From assembly GCA_031362565.1 (NCBI GenBank), contig JANLSU010000083.1, positions 1-25,611 of the forward strand: a DNA stretch of 25,611 nt, given 5' to 3'. The notes beneath the pieces are model-generated. The model did no database searches, was not told where the DNA came from, and saw only the letters and a list, made by a program, of their open reading frames with translations. Every line of letters starts with the position of its first letter. Positions within the stretch are counted from its first letter, which is position 1. This stretch comes from a bacterium (GTDB taxonomy: Bacteria > Krumholzibacteriota > Krumholzibacteriia > G020349025). Below, piece after piece: positions 17,053 to 22,867 of this stretch. Position numbers and translations under genes: made by a program.

Positions 17053-17856
17053 ATGAGATGGGCCCATATCGGCAGAACGATGGTGTTCGCCGTAACAGCA
17101 TTGGGACTCGCTGCCGCCGCGAGTGCAACGACGATTCCCAACAGCGCCGTTCTTCACACGCGAGTCTTCGACGATTGTCCGATTTCGATTCTTTCCACCA
17201 CGAACCTCTTTCCAAGCCTCATTGAAATCAACGACCAAAACCAACCGCCACAACCTCTTTGCGCCGGCTTCGCGAATCTTCATACTTGGCGATTCTCGAC
17301 CGACGGTGTCAACGCAGAGCAATTCGTGAACAGCGATGGCTTCCACTACAAGGCAACGCTCGTACTGAACGGCGGCGGTGAAGGTGGTCTGTCGATGGCG
17401 CCTTGGTACAGCCCGGACGCGGATGGCTTGTTCAGTGTCAGAACGACGGACGGCGAGATCGCTTGCTTCGGAGGTCGCATGCCGTTCTTCACGTTCACTG
17501 GAGCGTTTGGTCTCGTGTACGTGAACAACACTCCGATCACTCTCGGCATCGACTATGTGCCGCGCGGGCTTTCGGCGGTGTCCCCGGCGCAGGTCACCTA
17601 TACGGTTCGGTACAACAACGTCGACTACACGAGCGGGCCGCTCGACTTCGACCAGGGGAATGCAGCGGAGGATCCGCCGCACGGGCTCTGGGGAGCACTC
17701 AATCCATGGTACGCCGGTGGCCATGTCAAGGCGTTCCAATTCCCCGCCGGTCAACCCCATGGCATCGTCGCCGATTGGACCGACATCACCTTCGGAGATG
17801 GCGTTGTCTCCGTCGCGCCGAGCGACTGGGGCCGTGTGAAGGCATTGTATCGTTGA
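17053..17856 (+). CDS. Secreted hypothetical protein with C-terminal WGRVKALYR tail
   Basis: Signal-peptide-like N-terminus (R..R..MVFAVTALGLAAAASA); beta-rich mature region; ends VVSVAPSDWGRVKALYR; followed by an intrinsic terminator. Confidence 0.85.
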   Translation: MRWAHIGRTMVFAVTALGLAAAASATTIPNSAVLHTRVFDDCPISILSTTNLFPSLIEINDQNQPPQPLCAGFANLHTWRFSTDGVNAEQFVNSDGFHYKATLVLNGGGEGGLSMAPWYSPDADGLFSVRTTDGEIACFGGRMPFFTFTGAFGLVYVNNTPITLGIDYVPRGLSAVSPAQVTYTVRYNNVDYTSGPLDFDQGNAAEDPPHGLWGALNPWYAGGHVKAFQFPAGQPHGIVADWTDITFGDGVVSVAPSDWGRVKALYR

Positions 17857-17873
17857 TATGGAAGACCCGTTCC

Positions 17874-17911
17874 AAGGCCTCTTACTGCCGCCCGGTGGTA
17901 GGAGGCCTTTT
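17874..17911 (+). terminator. Rho-independent terminator
   Basis: 16-bp stem AAGGCCTCTTACTGCC / GGTGGTAGGAGGCCTT (fully paired when G-U is allowed), loop GCCC, short T run, 17 nt after the stop codon. Confidence 0.75.
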
Positions 17912-18067
17912 CGCATGCAGCACCAGGACATGGGGGGCGATGGGTCAGGGTTCTACGACGACAAGCCACTATGAGATGCGCGTGCTGCAAACGGGCCGGA
18001 GCCTGGCACATCCAGCGAATCTTTCGTAGACTCCCGGTTCCGAACGGGCACTACGAGGGAGGCTGGA

Positions 18068-18997
18068 ATGGGCGGCAAGGGACGTATCGTCGCGGGGTAT
18101 CTCGCGCCGCATCCGCCGCATCTTGTCTATGCCGAAAACCCGCCGCAGAACGAGCCGCGCTCGGAGTGCGGCTGGGAAGTTCTGCGCTGGGGGTACGAGC
18201 GTTGCCGCCAGAACCTGGCGACCAAGGACTTCGACGTCATCGTGGTGCATTCGCCGCACTGGCGCACCTTCGTCGGGCATCATTTTCTAGGTGTGCCCCA
18301 CTTTGAGAGCCTGTCAGTGGATCCTATTTTCCCGAATCTGTTTCGCTACCACTACAAGTGCGACGTCGACGTGCAGCTTGCGGAAGCGATCCACGATTCG
18401 GCGCGGGACGCGGGACTCGGCGTGCAGATGATGCGCAACCCGGACTTCCGGCTCGACTACGGCACCATTGCCGCGTGCCATCTGATTCACCCGGCTTGGG
18501 ACATCCCGATCGTCGGTATTTCTTCGAACGGCGCGCACTTCTACTACAGCAATGACGTGGGCCAGGCGCAGATGCAGGCGCTCGGGCAGGCGACGCGCAA
18601 AGCCATCGAAGCCACCGGGCGCAAGGCGTTGCTCTTGGCCAGCAACTCGCTCAGCCACCGGCATTTCACCAGTGAGCCCGAGACCCCCGAGGACATGTCG
18701 CACGAACGCATCTACCACCATGGACAGTACCTGTGGGACATGCATGTGCTGGATTTGATGCGCAAAGGCCAGACCCGGCAACTCTTCGATGAGCTCCCGG
18801 ACTTCATCGACCAGTCGGAAAGCGAAGCCAAGGCCGGGTGCCTGGCGTGGCTTTTGTCGGCCCTCGACTTCCCCACCTGGCCTGCCACCGTGCATGCGTA
18901 CGGCACCGTCATCGGAACCGGGAATGCGGTCGTCGAGTGGGACGTCGACGCGGCGATGGCACCAGCTGGGGCGACGCGTGCAGGAGGCAAACGATGA
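18068..18997 (+). CDS. amnB: 2-aminophenol 1,6-dioxygenase beta (catalytic) subunit, LigB-type extradiol dioxygenase
   Basis: AGYLAPHPPHLVYAENPPQNEPRS, VHSPHW, VGHHFLG, SVDPIFPN, MMRNPDFRLDYGTI, LLASNSLSH, PEDMS, SEAKAG and YGTVIGTGNAV match AmnB/CnbCb as I recall them, including the His/His/Glu iron ligands and catalytic Tyr/His. Confidence 0.93.
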   Translation: MGGKGRIVAGYLAPHPPHLVYAENPPQNEPRSECGWEVLRWGYERCRQNLATKDFDVIVVHSPHWRTFVGHHFLGVPHFESLSVDPIFPNLFRYHYKCDVDVQLAEAIHDSARDAGLGVQMMRNPDFRLDYGTIAACHLIHPAWDIPIVGISSNGAHFYYSNDVGQAQMQALGQATRKAIEATGRKALLLASNSLSHRHFTSEPETPEDMSHERIYHHGQYLWDMHVLDLMRKGQTRQLFDELPDFIDQSESEAKAGCLAWLLSALDFPTWPATVHAYGTVIGTGNAVVEWDVDAAMAPAGATRAGGKR

Positions 18998-20412
18998 CGG
19001 CGGGGACAGGCCACGTCATTCGCGGCTACATCGTACCGGGCATGCCGCAGCCGCTGTTGGTGCCGGATCAGTCGCCGGGATGGCGTTCGCTCCGTGACTC
19101 GTTCGAGCGCGTGCGGCAGGAGATCGAGGCCTCGGATGCCGACCTCTTGCTTCTCTACAGCACGCAATGGACCAGCATCATCGGCCATCAGATCCAAGCC
19201 GACCCTGAGCCCGAATGGGTGCATGTCGATCCCGAGTGGCATGCGCTCGGCTCGATGCCGTACCGGTTCCGCATGGACGCCGAGTTCGGTGCGGCCTACG
19301 AAGCCGCGGCGCGCGCCCGCGGCCTGCAAGCGCGTACCGTCGCATACCACGGCTTCCCGATCGACACCGGCACCGTCGTCGCGCTGCAGCTCCTGAACCC
19401 GGGCAATCGCCGCGCTGCGAGCGTCGTGTCGTGCAACATGTACGCGGACCGGGGCGAAACGCTCGTCCTCGGCAAGGCGGCCGCGGATGCCGTGCAGGCC
19501 ACCGGACGCAAATGCATCGCCATCGCGGTGACGCTGCTCTCGAATCGCCTCTTCACGGAAGCCATCGATCCTGCCAAGGACCACATCGCATCTCTCAAGG
19601 ACGACGAGTGGAATCGCAAGATTCTCGAGATTCTGGGTGAAGGCCGCTTGGAGGACGTGTCGCAACTGGCGCGTGAATTCACCGCCCAAGCCAACGCCGA
19701 TCAGAAGATGAAAGCACTCTGGTGGCTGGCGGCGACCATGGGACAACACAACCGTTACGACGGGCAGGTCTTCGACTACCAGCCGGTGTGGGGCACGGGT
19801 GCTGCACTCGTTGGTCTCGTGCCGACGGGCCGCGCCGCCGCCGATCAAGAGTTCGACGAGGAAAGCGTCGATGTGTATCGCGGCGATCGCAATGTGCTGT
19901 CGGCGGCGGATGCCGCAACAGAGAGCGAATCCACAACCGGCGCTGGGACTGCGGCCGTGCCTGCGGTGCCGGTCACAGCGCCAACGGGCGCGATCCGGGT
20001 CGATTCCGCACCGCGGCCCGTGGGCGCCTATGCGCACGCACGCCGCGTCGGCGATCTGCTCTTCCTCGCCGGCATCGGCCCCCGCCGGGCGAGCGACGAC
20101 GCCATTCCCGGCGGCCCGGTGCGCGACGCCGGTGGCGCGCCCCTCGACTACGATATCGAAGCGCAAACCCGCGCGTGCATCGCCAACGTGCAGCACGTCC
20201 TCGAAAAAGCCGGTTCGTCGCTCGATCAGGTCTTCGACGTCACGGCGTACCTCATCGATATGGAGCGGGATTTCCCGGTGTTCAATCGCGTCTACGCGGA
20301 GTACTTCCCAAATGCCAGCGCGACCCGGACCACCGTTGCGGTCTCCGCGCTGCCGACCCCGATCGCCGTCGAGCTCAAGGTGATTGCGGCGGCGGGAAAG
20401 ACATCCACATGA
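18994..20412 (+). CDS. amnA: Fusion: 2-aminophenol 1,6-dioxygenase alpha subunit + RidA-family 2-aminomuconate deaminase-like domain
   Basis: ATG 18994 (ATGA overlap, AGGAGG RBS). N-domain VPGMPQP, LYSTQW, VHVDPEW, YHGFPIDTGT, DDEWNRKIL (AmnA/CnbCa). Acidic then Ala/Thr/Pro linker at about 19826-19990. C-domain PVGAYAHARRVGDLLFLAG, QTRACIANV, DMERDFPVFNRVYAEYF, TRTTV (catalytic Arg), VELKVIA. No in-frame stop between the domains. Confidence 0.9.
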   Translation: MTAGTGHVIRGYIVPGMPQPLLVPDQSPGWRSLRDSFERVRQEIEASDADLLLLYSTQWTSIIGHQIQADPEPEWVHVDPEWHALGSMPYRFRMDAEFGAAYEAAARARGLQARTVAYHGFPIDTGTVVALQLLNPGNRRAASVVSCNMYADRGETLVLGKAAADAVQATGRKCIAIAVTLLSNRLFTEAIDPAKDHIASLKDDEWNRKILEILGEGRLEDVSQLAREFTAQANADQKMKALWWLAATMGQHNRYDGQVFDYQPVWGTGAALVGLVPTGRAAADQEFDEESVDVYRGDRNVLSAADAATESESTTGAGTAAVPAVPVTAPTGAIRVDSAPRPVGAYAHARRVGDLLFLAGIGPRRASDDAIPGGPVRDAGGAPLDYDIEAQTRACIANVQHVLEKAGSSLDQVFDVTAYLIDMERDFPVFNRVYAEYFPNASATRTTVAVSALPTPIAVELKVIAAAGKTST

Positions 20413-21050
20413 CGCGGCTCATCGATATTTCGCCGCTCATTTCTGACCGCATCGGCGTCTTCCCAGGCGACGTGCCGTACCGGCGTGACGTCAGCCTGCG
20501 GATCGCGGATGGCGCCAATATCGATCTCTCAGCGCTGCATTCGACACTGCATGTTGGAGCGCACGCCGACGCACCGAATCACTACATTGCCGGCGGAGCG
20601 CCGATTGCCGCCCGGCCGCTCGACCTCTACTACGGCCCGTGTCAGGTGGTCCGGGTCCAGGCGGCGCGTGGAGTACGCATCCAACCCGGCGACCTCGGCG
20701 TCGAGATTGAAGCGCCGCGCGTCCTCTTCCAGACCGCGACGTTTCCGGACCCGAACACCTTCAACGAAGACTTCGCCAGCCTCTCGCCGGCGCTCATCGA
20801 CTGGCTCGCGGAGCGCGGGGTGCGTCTGGTCGGCATCGATACGCCGTCCATCGATCCATGTCACGATCCGGTCCTGGAGAGCCACCAGGCGGTTGCACGG
20901 CACGATATGGCGATCCTGGAAGGTCTTGTCCTCGCGCACGTCGATCCAGGTCTGTACACGCTCGTCGCCCTCCCGCTGCGTTTGGAAGGCGCCGATGCCT
21001 CACCCGTCCGTGCAGCGCTCATCGCGGCCAGCAGCGTTTTTCCCGCCTGA
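20409..21050 (+). CDS. kynB: Kynurenine formamidase (cyclase family)
   Basis: ATG 20409 (ATGA overlap). LIDISP, FPGD, HVGAHADAPNH (HxGxHxDxPxH metal motif), LVGIDTPSIDP, ILEGL, LPLRLEGADASPVRA. kynA is in the same cluster. Confidence 0.92.
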   Translation: MTRLIDISPLISDRIGVFPGDVPYRRDVSLRIADGANIDLSALHSTLHVGAHADAPNHYIAGGAPIAARPLDLYYGPCQVVRVQAARGVRIQPGDLGVEIEAPRVLFQTATFPDPNTFNEDFASLSPALIDWLAERGVRLVGIDTPSIDPCHDPVLESHQAVARHDMAILEGLVLAHVDPGLYTLVALPLRLEGADASPVRAALIAASSVFPA

Positions 21051-21115
21051 GGTTCTCGCCTTTTTCAACTAGTGCGTTCCAGCGTCGGGTTTTCTGCCGC
21101 ACGAAATGCGGTGCA

Positions 21116-21132
21116 TTGGCACGAGATCGGCT
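21116..21132 (+). promoter_or_regulatory. Possible sigma54 (-24/-12) promoter upstream of sthA
   Basis: TTGGCACG-AGAT-CGGCT: perfect -24 element and exact GG-N10-GC spacing, but -12 is CGGC rather than TTGC; about 60 nt before ATG 21193. Confidence 0.35.
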
Positions 21133-21192
21133 TCTCCTCACTGCGTACCGACACGCAAGACGGCGCGACCTTTTCAGATCGGTGTGGGGACT

Positions 21193-22680
21193 ATGGAAGC
21201 GGTGCGTTACGACCTTATCGTGATCGGCAGCGGGCCCGCGGGCCAAAAGTCGGCGGTCGCGGCCGCAAAGCTCGGCAAACGCGTCGTCGTCATCGACCGC
21301 GGCCACATGGTGGGCGGCGTCTGCGTACAGACCGGCACCATTCCGAGTAAGACCTTGCGTGAGGCCATCGTCTATTTATCGGGGCTGCGGCAACGCGCCT
21401 TCTACGGCCAGAACTATGCGGTCAAGGACCAGATCACGGTCGCCGACCTTGCGACGCGTGTGACTCAGGTGGTTCGCCGCGAGACCGAAGTCATTCGCGC
21501 CCAGCTCAAACGCAACCGCATCGAACTCCTAGCGGGAACGGCCCATTTCGTCGATCCGCACACCGTCCTCGTCGAAACCGACCACGGACCGATGACGCTC
21601 AGGGGCGATTTCGTTCTCATCGGCTGCGGTACGAGACCGGCACGCGACCCGAATATCGCCTTCGACGGCAAGCTCATTTTCGATTCGGATCAGTTCTGTT
21701 CGCTCGAACGTCTACCGCGCGAGATGATCGTCGTCGGAGCGGGTGTCATCGGGCTCGAGTACGCATCGATGTACACCGCTCTCGGCACCGAGGTTACGAT
21801 CATCGACCAGCGTCCAACCCTGCTCGAATTCGTCGACCGCGAAGTAACCGACGCGCTCTGCTACCACATGCGGCGCTCGGGTGCGACGTTCCGGTTGGGT
21901 GAAAAGGTCGCCAGCATCGAAGGCGATGGTCAGGACACAGTCACCGCGGTGCTCGAAAGCGGCAAGAAAGTTCGCGGCGACGCCCTCTTGTACGCCGTCG
22001 GGCGCCAGACGAACGCCGATCTCTTGCATCTGGAAGCGGCTGGATTGACTGCCGATGGGCGTGGCCGCATTACGGTCGACGAACATCTCAGGACCGCAGT
22101 GCCGCACATTTATGCGGCCGGTGACATCATTGGTTTCCCGTCCCTGGCGGCATCGTCTGCGGAACAGGGCCGCCTTGCGAGCTGCCACATGTTCGGACTT
22201 CCGAGCCGCCACTCGCCCGAACTGTTTCCCTACGGCATCTACACGGTTCCCGAGATCTCGATGCTCGGCAAGACCGAGCAGCAACTCACCGACGCGAAGG
22301 TCCCGTACGAATTCGGCATCGCCAAGTACGAGGAGCTGGCGCGCGGCCAGATCGTCGGCGATCAGACGGGCATGCTCAAACTGCTCTTCGACCCCGAGAC
22401 GCTCAAGGTGTTGGGTGTGCACGCCATCGGTGAGCAGGCGACCGAGATCATCCACATCGGCCAGGCGGTCATGTCGTTGGGTGCGACGATCGAGTACTTC
22501 CGCGACACGGTCTTCAACTACCCGACGTTTGCAGAAGCGTACAAGGTGGCAGCGCTGGATGGCTTGAACAAGCTGTCGCGACCGCCCCGCGGTGTGCCCA
22601 AATCGGCTGCAGACGCCGACGCCTCGGCACCAGCCGCGAAGCCGGCGCTCGTCTTGGCGACAGGTCCGCAGGGTTCCTGA
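21193..22680 (+). CDS. sthA: Soluble pyridine nucleotide transhydrogenase (Si-specific NAD(P)+ transhydrogenase)
   Basis: YDLIVIGSGPAGQK, GGVCVQTGTIPSKTLRE (CxxxxT instead of the redox CxxxxC), VGAGVIGLEYAS, YAAGDIIGFPSLA, GIYTVPEIS, FNYPTFAEAYKVAALDGLNKL. Confidence 0.95.
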   Translation: MEAVRYDLIVIGSGPAGQKSAVAAAKLGKRVVVIDRGHMVGGVCVQTGTIPSKTLREAIVYLSGLRQRAFYGQNYAVKDQITVADLATRVTQVVRRETEVIRAQLKRNRIELLAGTAHFVDPHTVLVETDHGPMTLRGDFVLIGCGTRPARDPNIAFDGKLIFDSDQFCSLERLPREMIVVGAGVIGLEYASMYTALGTEVTIIDQRPTLLEFVDREVTDALCYHMRRSGATFRLGEKVASIEGDGQDTVTAVLESGKKVRGDALLYAVGRQTNADLLHLEAAGLTADGRGRITVDEHLRTAVPHIYAAGDIIGFPSLAASSAEQGRLASCHMFGLPSRHSPELFPYGIYTVPEISMLGKTEQQLTDAKVPYEFGIAKYEELARGQIVGDQTGMLKLLFDPETLKVLGVHAIGEQATEIIHIGQAVMSLGATIEYFRDTVFNYPTFAEAYKVAALDGLNKLSRPPRGVPKSAADADASAPAAKPALVLATGPQGS

Positions 22681-22867
22681 CGCAGACGCCTCGGTCACAT
22701 TTCCCGCTTGATCAAGGCCCCGCCACCGTCGCGCCCCGCGTCCGGCCGCCCTGGCTTGCTCCAAAGATCGACCTCCACCTAGACTGCGGGCCTCGAGTCC
22801 GCTCTCACACCAAGGCGGAGGTTCGCTGGAGCGGACTTCCCCGCCTTGCCCGATCTTGGAGGTCTCC

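Noticed and set aside
21193..22680. Dihydrolipoamide dehydrogenase or mercuric reductase
   Set aside because: Lacks the second redox Cys (CVQTGT) and has NYPT instead of HPT; these are SthA signatures.
22812..22847. Hairpin upstream of the BNR gene as a riboswitch or terminator
   Set aside because: A single GC-rich stem-loop without U-tract or recognisable aptamer consensus; it does not cover the RBS.
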